Positions 18,601 to 27,138 of a stretch of 64,000 nt of DNA are shown piece after piece. Source of the DNA: Chitinophagales bacterium (GTDB lineage Bacteria; Bacteroidota; Bacteroidia; Chitinophagales; Chitinophagaceae). The notes under the pieces were generated by a model that had not been told where the DNA came from, searched no databases, and was given only the letters and a program-made list of their open reading frames with translations. How positions within the stretch are numbered: position 1 is the stretch's first letter; each line of letters opens with the position of its first letter. Position numbers and translations under genes: made by a program. The stretch lies in the NCBI GenBank assembly GCA_038228575.1, contig JBBRPD010000002.1:44781-108780 (forward strand), read 5' to 3'.

Positions 18601-21600
18601 CGAATCAAGCGCGAACGATATATCTTCGGCAACCTCTTCCAGCAAATTAATTTCCTGCTTACCAAAAAAGTTTACTTCTGCCGCATACAAATTAAGCGTA
18701 CCAACAATTTGGCCCGCTTGCCTTATGGGCAATAGCATACAGGACCGTATACCCCTCGTCGCCGCATAATCGGCAAAGCCTTCAACCTCAAATTCCCGGG
18801 ATATCTGGTTATTCACATAAACGTCATTGGCATCCAGCACATAAGCCTGAATGCCGTCGCGATTAGCGATGCTGCCGAGATAGTGCCTGTCTTCCTCAGG
18901 CACTCCATTACCGGCCACATAGTTTATGGCACTTTTATCTTCATTAAAAATACCGATCCAGGCCATCTTAAAGAGTCCTAACTCATAGGCAATGCGGCAT
19001 GCGTCACGGAAAACCGTATCGGCTTCTTTAGCCCGCACAATGGTTTGGTTGATGTGACTGATGAACGAATACAACCGCTTTGCATAGCGTATCCTTTCTT
19101 CGGCTTCCTTCCTGGCAGTAATATCTAAAGCAATGCCGTAGGCGCTGCCCCGGCTGTCGTTACCTGAAAATTCGTAACTGGTTTCGCTGCTTATGTATTT
19201 AATTGTACCATCCTTCAAAACAGCGCGGTATTCAAACGAACATGGCTGGTAAGTGCTGCTGCTTTCGGCAAGCAGTTGCGTCACGCGCTCCAGATCGTCG
19301 GGATGCACCATGGCATACCAGTCTTCTACGGCCACCTGATTATTAGCGGGGTCTTGCCCAAAAATGCGGCAATATTCTGCCGAACCTATGATCGTTTCCG
19401 TAGCTTCATCATATTCCCAGCTGCCCAGGTGTGCTGTAGCTTGTGCCTGGTTAAGCCTTATTTCGCTATGGTGCACTTTCTGCTCCATTATGCTGCGTTG
19501 CTTTTGCTGTTCAAAAGAGGCAATAGCAAATGAAACATCGTCAGATATTTTACGCAGCAACTCTACTTCATCGCTATCAAAAGAATTTTTGTCGCCGGAA
19601 TACAAATTTAAGAAACCGATAACCACGCCTTCCTTTTTCAAAGGCAGGAGCATGTATGCAGCCAAGCCTGATTCCCGGGCAACATCTTCCCACATTGGCA
19701 CTTTAAAATCGGTAGCCATATCGTTACTGAAAACAAGCTGCCCCGTTTCCAATACCTTGGCCATAGGCCCACCGGGATGATATGTCATAGACTCAAATAG
19801 TGGCCGCATAGTATCTGTGATGCCGCTACCGGCTGCATAATTGACGGAGCGCCCCGTGCCACCAAGAATGCCTACCCAGCAAATTTTAAAGCCGCCCGTT
19901 TCGGTAGCGATACGGCAGGTTGCGGCAAACACTTCTTCTATATCGCCGGCATGTACGATGGCCTGGTTTACCTGCGTTACCAGTGAATACAACCTGTTTA
20001 TTAAAGCAATTTTTTGTTCCGCGCGTTTTGCTGCTGTAACATCCCTTCCGTTTAAGCATATACCCTGTATGTTGCTTGGTGTTGCTACCGGATAAACCGA
20101 AAACTCGAAATGATGCGTTACCCCATCAAAAGATTCAAAAGCCTGCTCGTATTTTATGGTTTCATTATTGGCGGCTCGCAACAAATAAGCTTGAAAAACA
20201 GCAACGCGTTCCGGTACAATGTAATCAAGCATGGAGCGGCCGAGCTGCATGGCCTGCCTGCAAGTGAGCAAATTTACGCGTTGTGCAATTTCGTTAAATT
20301 CCAGCAGAACACCTGTCAGGTCCGTAAGTATAAATGATTCTGAAGAGCTATCAATAATAGCTTTAAGATTGGCAGCAGAATTCTTTATTTCCTCATGGGC
20401 CAATACCCGCTCCGTATCATCTTTAAAATTAATTACGAAAGCGTTAACACCCTGCAGATGTAGCAGATTTGATACGTTCGCTTTAATATACCTCCATGAG
20501 CCATCTTTATGCCTCATACGGTAGTCCGCGCCCAGGTTTATTCCTGGTCGGGCAGCCACCGCCCCCAGCATCGCAGCTACCATGGTAACGTCATCAGGAT
20601 GGCATAATAAGGTAGGGTCGGTGCCCAAAAGTTCCTCTGCCTCGTAACCCATGATTCTGGTTACCGAAGGCGTAACATAAACAAACAAGTTGTTGGCATC
20701 TACAAGCCCTATGCCGTCATTGCTGTTTTCTATTAGCGAACGGAAACGGTTACGACTTTCCAGCAATTGTTCCTGGGCGCGCACACGTTCGGTAATATCA
20801 GCATAGTTCCCTACTATCGCCTTCACATGGTCATCATGCAATAAATTTATAACTGTGCCTTCCACCCAAATTTCATGGCCAGTTAGACTATTCATGCGGG
20901 CAGTAATAAAAATGGGAACACCTGGTTGTTGCATTGCCTGGGCCAGGCTCAACTTTACCATCTCGCGGTCGGCTGCCGCCACATTGTTCAAGCCAGATTC
21001 CGGGGTGTCATTTTCAGTATCACCAAATAATTTTCTAGATACCGGGGAGCGGTAAATTACCCTACCATTCTCATCGGCCATTGAAATAGCGTCGCGGCTG
21101 TGCTCAACAAGTGCACGGAACCGGTTTTCGCGTTGCGCCGCCAGCTCTTCAGCCTGTTTTCTTTCAGAAATGTCGCGGAAGTTACCCACGAAGGCATTTA
21201 CGTTCTCATCGTGTAACAAATTAGTGGTTACCCCTTCGGTCCAGATGTAGTGACCATCTTTATGCTTTACTCGCGACGACCTAAAAATTGGCTCACCAGG
21301 ATGCAGCCTTGAATATTCCAGCCGGGCTACGACATCGGCCCTGTCATCAGGGTGAAAAAAATCGAGTCCTGCTGTTGTAATGACTTCTTCGGGGTCATAT
21401 CCCAGCATGCGACGACCCGAGGGAGAAATATAAGCAATGCGGCCCATTTCATCTAACAATGATATGGCATCGTAACTATTCTCTATGAGCGCCCGGAATC
21501 GCGACTGCGTATTTGTTATTGTACTCTTGTTAATATAAGTAACTGCAGACTTTTCATGGGGCTGCGAAGCCTGCTCCACGTCGGGTGAAATATCCACGGT

Positions 21601-21909
21601 CGTTTTTGAAAACCCTGCCAGCACATTGTCTGCCGTATACAGTGCGGTTAGTGCTATACGCCCCTGAAACTGACTGCCATTCTTCCGGGTAATCAACCCT
21701 TCATATTCAAAATAACCATACTTCAAGGTATCCTCAATCAGATTGCCAGGTAATTGTCCGGCCTGCTCCCCGCCAGTGTACATCATTTCAAAGTCCCTTC
21801 CAATCTGAAGTTCACCTTCGCTTTTGTCTCTGGTTTTGTTTACCCGCTCTACCCTGCCAGTACCATCGACTAACAACAATACAAAATCCTGATCGTCATT
21901 CATATCCAC
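15634..21909 (-). CDS. Giant soluble PAS/GAF multi-sensor histidine kinase (2091 aa)
   Basis: About 5 PAS domains, then 4 x (GAF-PAS), then HisKA 'FSYIVSHNLRSPVANI', then HATPase_c 'FTDNGLGID...GKGMGLYMV'. No TM helix seen. Confidence 0.9.
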   Translation of the reverse strand: MDMNDDQDFVLLLVDGTGRVERVNKTRDKSEGELQIGRDFEMMYTGGEQAGQLPGNLIEDTLKYGYFEYEGLITRKNGSQFQGRIALTALYTADNVLAGFSKTTVDISPDVEQASQPHEKSAVTYINKSTITNTQSRFRALIENSYDAISLLDEMGRIAYISPSGRRMLGYDPEEVITTAGLDFFHPDDRADVVARLEYSRLHPGEPIFRSSRVKHKDGHYIWTEGVTTNLLHDENVNAFVGNFRDISERKQAEELAAQRENRFRALVEHSRDAISMADENGRVIYRSPVSRKLFGDTENDTPESGLNNVAAADREMVKLSLAQAMQQPGVPIFITARMNSLTGHEIWVEGTVINLLHDDHVKAIVGNYADITERVRAQEQLLESRNRFRSLIENSNDGIGLVDANNLFVYVTPSVTRIMGYEAEELLGTDPTLLCHPDDVTMVAAMLGAVAARPGINLGADYRMRHKDGSWRYIKANVSNLLHLQGVNAFVINFKDDTERVLAHEEIKNSAANLKAIIDSSSESFILTDLTGVLLEFNEIAQRVNLLTCRQAMQLGRSMLDYIVPERVAVFQAYLLRAANNETIKYEQAFESFDGVTHHFEFSVYPVATPSNIQGICLNGRDVTAAKRAEQKIALINRLYSLVTQVNQAIVHAGDIEEVFAATCRIATETGGFKICWVGILGGTGRSVNYAAGSGITDTMRPLFESMTYHPGGPMAKVLETGQLVFSNDMATDFKVPMWEDVARESGLAAYMLLPLKKEGVVIGFLNLYSGDKNSFDSDEVELLRKISDDVSFAIASFEQQKQRSIMEQKVHHSEIRLNQAQATAHLGSWEYDEATETIIGSAEYCRIFGQDPANNQVAVEDWYAMVHPDDLERVTQLLAESSSTYQPCSFEYRAVLKDGTIKYISSETSYEFSGNDSRGSAYGIALDITARKEAEERIRYAKRLYSFISHINQTIVRAKEADTVFRDACRIAYELGLFKMAWIGIFNEDKSAINYVAGNGVPEEDRHYLGSIANRDGIQAYVLDANDVYVNNQISREFEVEGFADYAATRGIRSCMLLPIRQAGQIVGTLNLYAAEVNFFGKQEINLLEEVAEDISFALDSFEGERYRLQMETKLVNDEKRLRKAQQIARFGSWERDMATGILSWSDEACAIYGVPLTESIQSFESWLTFIHPDDLQELLDERSRSYETASNFILTHRIIRPDGQVRHLLTQSEFEFAKDGTIVKSFGVMHDVTDVRVAEQKLIQVNHYYAFISQINKTIVWARDQDTVFSRACDIATDVGKFKIAFICLFNDAARQIVFVAGSGLPQNSGHIFADLPYDYVGPQTYVMNNATSFITNDLLADPSTTDKLKGFARELGIKSGMVLPIRSGSKIIGTFSLYASDEGVFHGEQIEILEEVADDISFALDNFEKERQRKRMEEDLKHSEAHLRKAQAIAHIGNWEYDFDGGELICSEEYCRIYELPDGKTRITVEEWFRLVHADDLEAVTKIVKEAEANLNGSVFNYRLSLPSGAVKYVHCQTNFELDENGVPIGIYGIAHDITEQKIAEEKLENANRIYAFISQINQAIVQVGNAEGLFVKACEIATKFGRFDLAWVSMPDTALRKLNVVASSNLSAEELNMLEQLSYNAGGPIDRVMTRGEIAVINDFERDEVEDAFRRYAAIKGLRSCIVLPIRKAGLVIGAYNLISSKSELFDHEEIRLLEEATNDISYALDIFAKDDHRREIEGQLARNELRLKQAQAIAHFGSWELDMATDLVEWSEEACSIYGLDHNENMQNRSDWLTYIHPDDLDFVMTQTHNAHLTLSPAAFEHRIISRKGDVKYVLSQSEFQLDEQGKPVILRGVVHDITSIKLAELERTKMIEDIVQRNKDLEQFSYIVSHNLRSPVANISGLSQILSMTVGGESTAGRYVAELINSIKKLDDVIMDLNYILQIRHNDVKKLEKIKFSQILEDVEVSIDNLIKSNNVIIRENFADVEGIFTFKSYLNSVFFNLISNSIKYRQAAIDPIITITSSRDKDKITLTFTDNGLGIDLTKKSTQVFGLYKRFHDHVAGKGMGLYMVKTQIESLGGTVTIASEVNVGTTFTIEFNPI

Positions 21910-22140
21910 ATCTTATTTTACTACCACCGTTAGGTTTGTAATGTAATGGAAAAGTAGAGAAAATAAATGGGAAAAATATTGACAGGCGTCAGTAATAAAT
22001 TAATTAATTTCATAAAAGCATGACTATGATCATATTTTATGCCGTTCACTCTGTTTATATTAAACACGCAAATATTATATTTGAGCGAAAACAATAGTTA
22101 TAACGACAAGTTGCTACAAAAACAATTAGCAAAACGTTTC

Positions 22141-22542
22141 TTAACTGAAAGGTTCAAAACAGTCATAGTTTCTTTGCCTGATGATCTTGCCATCTTTAAA
22201 TTCGTAAAACTGGGCAAAGTAAGCCTTCATTTGGCCACCGATAGGTATTGCACCAATTGGCAGGGCAAGCGTACCGGTCCAGATGGCTTCAATGATGACG
22301 GTGTTCTTAAATGCATACGATTTCAATATTTCATACTCCTCCTTCTGCAATACCTTATTGCCCTTGTTCGAAGCATTTTCCAGGTCGGCAAGCGTTCTTA
22401 CTGTTTTAGCTTTAGTAAGTGTATTGGGAAATTCGATCTGCTCAACATCAGGATGGTAAAAACGCAATAACTCGGCTGCTGATTTACGGTTTTGAAGGGT
22501 GTGTATAAATTCTTTTACAATAGCATTATTGTCGTGTGTCAT
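22141..22542 (-). CDS. NTF2-like (SnoaL/ketosteroid-isomerase-like) protein
   Basis: 133 aa; size and N-terminal 'IVKEFIHTLQNRK..ELLRFYHPD' pattern fit the family. Confidence 0.5.
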   Translation of the reverse strand: MTHDNNAIVKEFIHTLQNRKSAAELLRFYHPDVEQIEFPNTLTKAKTVRTLADLENASNKGNKVLQKEEYEILKSYAFKNTVIIEAIWTGTLALPIGAIPIGGQMKAYFAQFYEFKDGKIIRQRNYDCFEPFS

Positions 22543-22672
22543 TAAAGTACTGCCGGTTTAAATTCGGGAGTGCTAAATTATACATTTAGTTCCTTTTTTG
22601 TAACGAAATTCTTACAGCAGCACCACTCTGTTCAACTTTCTTTTCGCTTCGTTCACTATCTTGCAGCCCAGT

Positions 22673-23128
22673 ATGGCAAAAGAAAACGTTGATATCATCA
22701 TAAATCTTTACCAGCAATGGCTGGATGAATGGAATGCCCGCAACGCTGCCGGCATGACACACCTTTTCGCTGAAAACGGCAACCTTATAGGTTTTGATGG
22801 CAGCCAGATAATTGGTAAAGATGAGCTGCTGGATGTATTGGACAATATATTTTCTCACCACCCAACGGCTGCATATGTGGCGCTGATAAGGGAGATAAGG
22901 TTGCTTTCGCCGGGTGTTGCCTGGTTAAAGGCTGATGTTGGTATGATACCCGCGGGCAAGGACGATATTAACCCTGCCCTGAATGCGGTGCAGACCATGA
23001 TAGCGGTAAAAGATGAAAACGACTGGAAAATTTCTGTGTTTCAAAATACGCCTGCTGCATTTCACGCCCTGCCGGAACTTGCAGCGCGCATGACCGCTGA
23101 CCTGCGCGAAGTACTCAGAAACGGCTAG
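22673..23128 (+). CDS. SgcJ/EcaC (DUF4440, NTF2-like) family protein
   Basis: 'IINLYQQWLDEWNARNAAGMTHLFAENGNLIGFDG..I.G' is typical of the family. I prefer ATG 22673. Confidence 0.65.
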   Translation: MAKENVDIIINLYQQWLDEWNARNAAGMTHLFAENGNLIGFDGSQIIGKDELLDVLDNIFSHHPTAAYVALIREIRLLSPGVAWLKADVGMIPAGKDDINPALNAVQTMIAVKDENDWKISVFQNTPAAFHALPELAARMTADLREVLRNG

Positions 23129-23269
23129 AAGCCGCATTGTTATAAGCAAACGAAAAATAACCCCTCAATACTCATTTTCAATTAGTTAGAATTTCGTTAA
23201 TTGCTTAAACCGATTTACGAAACGACTAACTTTACAAAATCATGACAAAAAAATGTCAGGAAGTAAAGC

Positions 23270-23965
23270 ATGAAGATGAATAAGAAGTGGTTATTAGCTG
23301 TGTTTATTGCCCTTTTTGGCGCTTGTTTCATTATCAATTCCTGCACCCATTCGCCCTATGTTTTACCCGTAAACCTGCGTACAGGCGACCCCGACATTTG
23401 CTTTGAAAGAGATGTATTGCCCATCTTCATTTCAAAGTGCGGCAGTAGCAATTGCCATAGTGCATCTGCCCAGCGTGCGGGCTATGCTTTAGATAACTAC
23501 ACAAATATTGTAAGCAAAGGTATTGTACCCGGTAACGTGGCCGCCAGTAAAATATGGGAGTCCATTGCGATAACAACAAGCGGTGAAAACGCTATGCCCA
23601 AAGATGCCGCTCGCCTTTCTACCTCCGAATTAGATATTATTCGCCGCTGGATAGCAACTGGTGCTGTTGACAGCGGTATGGCCTGTAGCAACAACCCATG
23701 CGATTCTAACAATTTCACCTATAGTGGAGCAATAGCCCCCTTAATGAATAAGTATTGCACGGGCTGCCATAGTTCTGCAAGCGCACCAGGCGGTAGCCTA
23801 ACCGACTATGCCAGTGTAAAAAATGAGGCGGTATCGGGTTCATTGATACCGCGTATTGCGCACCAAACCGGGTATGCACCAATGCCATCGACCGGCTACA
23901 AACTAAGCGACTGCCAGGTTGCGCAGGTAAAAAAATGGGTGGCAGCAGGCGCACCAAATAATTAA
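23270..23965 (+). CDS. Lipoprotein with two cytochrome-c-like (heme-binding motif) domains
   Basis: Signal plus 'IINSC'. Two about 95-aa repeats carry 'CGSSNCH' and 'CTGCH', each ending W(I/V)AxGA. Confidence 0.6.
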   Translation: MKMNKKWLLAVFIALFGACFIINSCTHSPYVLPVNLRTGDPDICFERDVLPIFISKCGSSNCHSASAQRAGYALDNYTNIVSKGIVPGNVAASKIWESIAITTSGENAMPKDAARLSTSELDIIRRWIATGAVDSGMACSNNPCDSNNFTYSGAIAPLMNKYCTGCHSSASAPGGSLTDYASVKNEAVSGSLIPRIAHQTGYAPMPSTGYKLSDCQVAQVKKWVAAGAPNN

Positions 23966-24093
23966 CGGTAGTCTTAGAAAACGCAATGTCAACAACATTC
24001 ACCGTGTTACAGTAGCAAAAAATATAAACTATGTTATCGTTTAATTACCAGCAGAAATTTACATTAAATGTATTTTTTTTAATAAACAATTAC

Positions 24094-24101
24094 TAAGTTT
24101 G
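24094..24101 (+). promoter_or_regulatory. -7 box TAAGTTTG
   Basis: Exact TAnnTTTG match, 5 nt before the TTG start of the GT14 gene, which would imply a near-leaderless mRNA. Confidence 0.35.
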
Positions 24102-24106
24102 CAGCC

Positions 24107-24952
24107 TTGAAGTTAGCTTACCTAATACTAACCCATACAAACCCACTGCAACTAAAACGTTTAGTTGAAAAATTGGCTCATACCGAGTCTGATTTTTATA
24201 TACATGTAGACAAAAAAACGGATATTGCAGCTTTTCTGATACTTGCTGAAATACCCAATGTAATTTTCATACGCAACAGAATTAAAGTGTATTGGGGCGG
24301 CTATAGCATTGTACAGGCTACCATTAACGGCTTTCAGGAAATTATAGACCTCGGGCGCACCTACAATTACATAACGTTACTGAGCGGGCAGGACTATCCT
24401 TTAAAAAGTACGGCACACATACGCGGCTATCTTGCTGAAAGACCGGGCAAAGTTTTTATGGAGTTTCTGTCTGTGACTGATGAATGGCAGGAAGCTATAC
24501 CACGCATTACACAGTATCATTTTATTAATTGTAATTTACCGGCGGGCACCTATCAACTGGAAAAGTTTGTAAACCTGATATTACCCAAACGTAAACTACC
24601 CGAAGGCATTACGGCAATGGGGCGATCGCAATGGTTCACGGCTACGCCCAATGCCATTGCTTATATGCTTAGCTATATAAAGGAGCACAACTGGATAAGC
24701 CGCTTTTTTAAACTGACCTGGGCACCCGACGAAATTATTTTCCAAACCATATTATACAACTCGCCTTACAGAGCTGCTATGGTAAACGACAACCTAGTTT
24801 ACCTCGACTGGTCAGAAAATAAACACAGCCCCAAACTGCTTACCGTGGAAGATGCCGGAAGCCTGCAACAATCTGATAAATTGTATGCACGGAAAATAGT
24901 AAGCACCAGCAGCAATCAACTTATGGATTATCTGGATGGCATAACACTTTGA
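24107..24952 (+). CDS. Glycosyltransferase family 14 (core-2/I-branching beta-1,6-GlcNAc-transferase-like)
   Basis: 'LAYLILTHTNPLQLKRLVEKL...FYIHVDKK...WGGYSIVQA...LLSGQDYPLK' is the GT14 'Branch' signature. Confidence 0.8.
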   Translation: MKLAYLILTHTNPLQLKRLVEKLAHTESDFYIHVDKKTDIAAFLILAEIPNVIFIRNRIKVYWGGYSIVQATINGFQEIIDLGRTYNYITLLSGQDYPLKSTAHIRGYLAERPGKVFMEFLSVTDEWQEAIPRITQYHFINCNLPAGTYQLEKFVNLILPKRKLPEGITAMGRSQWFTATPNAIAYMLSYIKEHNWISRFFKLTWAPDEIIFQTILYNSPYRAAMVNDNLVYLDWSENKHSPKLLTVEDAGSLQQSDKLYARKIVSTSSNQLMDYLDGITL

Positions 24953-24998
24953 GTATTATATTTACGCTTCGCAGCAGCCAAACTCAGCGAGCCTTTAC

Positions 24999-25922
24999 AT
25001 GAAAAGCGTTTCTGTAATTACCGTAAATTTCAATCAAAGCCTGGTCACAGAAGCGCTGCTGCAGTCTATTGCCGCTACCCATACCTATGCACCGTTACAA
25101 ATAATTGTGGTGGACAATGGCAGCACCAACAATCCCGTACCCGACTGGCAACAAAAGTACCCTGACATAATGTTCATCCGATCGGAAGAAAATCTGGGAT
25201 TCGCCGGTGGCAACAACCTGGGTATTAAACAGGCTGGTGGCGACTATCTGTTCTTTGTAAATAATGACACCGAATTTACTGCGGGTCTGGTGCAGCAATT
25301 GGCCAATACGCTGGACAACCATCCCGAATGCGGCATGGTATCACCCAAAATAAAATACTTTTCTGAGCCGGACACGCTGCAATATGCAGGGTTCACCCCC
25401 ATGAATTATTACACCTGCCGTAATAAATGTATAGGCCAGTTTGAAAAAGATAACGGGCAGTACGATAACTTAACGGGTGAAACCGGCTACATACACGGTG
25501 CCGCCATGATGCTGCGCAGGGAAGCCGTGATAAAGGGAGGTTTTATGCCCGAAGGCTATTTTTTATACTACGAGGAAATGGACTGGTGCGAGCAGGTGAA
25601 AAGAGCAGGCTTTACGATACGGTTAAATATGCAGGCACTTATTTACCATAAAGAATCGATTTCGGTAGGTGCGAAAAGCGCGCTCAAAGAATTCTTCATG
25701 AACCGCAACCGTATACTGTTCATTAGGCGAAATTGTGGCTTTTTCACTACCGCTATATTCATAGCATACTTCCTGTGCATTGTTGCACCAAGAAACATTT
25801 TGAATTACATAAAAGCAAAAGACTACCATTTTATTCCGGTATTACTGAAGGCGATATTTTGGAACATAACCCACGGCAAAAACAGCACAGATTTAGGATA
25901 CCCCATAAAAACTATTAAATGA
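24999..25922 (+). CDS. Glycosyltransferase family 2
   Basis: 'VSVITVNFN...IIVVDNGS...NLGFAGGNN...FVNNDT' GT-A pattern; C-terminal TM. Confidence 0.85.
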   Translation: MKSVSVITVNFNQSLVTEALLQSIAATHTYAPLQIIVVDNGSTNNPVPDWQQKYPDIMFIRSEENLGFAGGNNLGIKQAGGDYLFFVNNDTEFTAGLVQQLANTLDNHPECGMVSPKIKYFSEPDTLQYAGFTPMNYYTCRNKCIGQFEKDNGQYDNLTGETGYIHGAAMMLRREAVIKGGFMPEGYFLYYEEMDWCEQVKRAGFTIRLNMQALIYHKESISVGAKSALKEFFMNRNRILFIRRNCGFFTTAIFIAYFLCIVAPRNILNYIKAKDYHFIPVLLKAIFWNITHGKNSTDLGYPIKTIK

Positions 25923-27085
25923 TCATCGCATTCTGGATAAGCCTTTTTCTTGTTTTTTATACGTTCTTCGGGTATGGCATTTTGCTTTTCGCATTGGTAA
26001 AAATACGGGTAGCCATTAAAGGCCGCCGGGCAATACCCGACAATGGTGGCAAATGGCCAACGCTTACGCTCATTGTTGCTGCCTATAACGAAGAAGATTT
26101 CATTATAGAGAAAATAAAGAACACACTGGCACTTAACTACCCTGCTGACAAAGTGCAGTTTGTGTTTGTTACCGATGGCAGCAGCGACCGAACGCCCGAA
26201 CTTATAACCGCTTACCAACAAATAAAACTGATGCACCTGCCAGGCCGTAGTGGTAAGATTGCCGCTGTGCACCGCGCCATGAAGGAAGTAACAACTGAAA
26301 TTGCCGTTTTTACCGATGCCAATACCTTCCTGAATAAAGATGCCTTGGTGAACATTGCCCGCCACTATGCCGACCCAACTGTAGGTGCGGTTTCAGGAGA
26401 AAAAAGGGTAAGTATTGAAGATGTTGCAGACGCTACCGCCGGTGAGGGTTTTTACTGGAAATATGAATCGAAACTGAAGACTTGGGATTCAGAATTATAT
26501 TCGGTAGTTGGTGCCGCAGGGGAATTATTCAGTGTGCGTACCAGCCTGTATGTTCCTGTAGAGGCAGATACTATTCTCGATGACTTTATGATATCGATGC
26601 TGATTGCGGCAAAAGGCTACCGCATTGTTTATGAGCCCTTGGCCTATGCAACCGAGGGCGGCTCAGAAAATATAAAAGAAGAACTGAAGCGAAAAATAAG
26701 GATAGCAGCAGGTGGCATACAATCTATCATGCGGTTAAAACCACTACTTAACCCTTTCCTGCAATTCACGCTCTCGTTTCAATACATCAGCCACCGGGTG
26801 CTCCGCTGGACCGTTACCCCATTCCTGATGATACTGGCTTTTTTATTGAATGGCGTAATAGTAGTTAATAACGGTGGCTTCATATATACTACATTATTCG
26901 CCTGCCAGGTGTTATTCTATTCTTTTTCATTGTTGGGCTTCATCTTCGAAAAGCGCCAGATAAAAATAAAACCCTTCTTTATACCCTACTACTTCTGCAT
27001 GATGAACTATGCGGTAATTGCCGGCATTCGCCGCTACATTAAAGGCAGCCAAAGCGCAATATGGGAAAAGAGTAGAAGAAAGTAG
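25919..27085 (+). CDS. Membrane-embedded glycosyltransferase family 2 (processive synthase-like)
   Basis: N- and C-terminal TM helices flank a GT-A domain: 'LIVAAYNEE', 'VTDGSSD', 'FTDANT', 'HRVLRW' (QxxRW-like). ATGA overlap with the upstream GT2. Confidence 0.8.
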   Translation: MIIAFWISLFLVFYTFFGYGILLFALVKIRVAIKGRRAIPDNGGKWPTLTLIVAAYNEEDFIIEKIKNTLALNYPADKVQFVFVTDGSSDRTPELITAYQQIKLMHLPGRSGKIAAVHRAMKEVTTEIAVFTDANTFLNKDALVNIARHYADPTVGAVSGEKRVSIEDVADATAGEGFYWKYESKLKTWDSELYSVVGAAGELFSVRTSLYVPVEADTILDDFMISMLIAAKGYRIVYEPLAYATEGGSENIKEELKRKIRIAAGGIQSIMRLKPLLNPFLQFTLSFQYISHRVLRWTVTPFLMILAFLLNGVIVVNNGGFIYTTLFACQVLFYSFSLLGFIFEKRQIKIKPFFIPYYFCMMNYAVIAGIRRYIKGSQSAIWEKSRRK

Positions 27086-27138
27086 ATAGATTTAGAGCCA
27101 TTTTGGTGTAACCAAATACCCTGCAACACCAGCATCCG

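Noticed and set aside
22039-22470. 143-aa plus-strand ORF overlapping the NTF2-like gene
   Set aside because: It is antisense to a better-supported minus-strand ORF, starts in the AT-rich promoter region of the giant kinase, and has a low-complexity translation.
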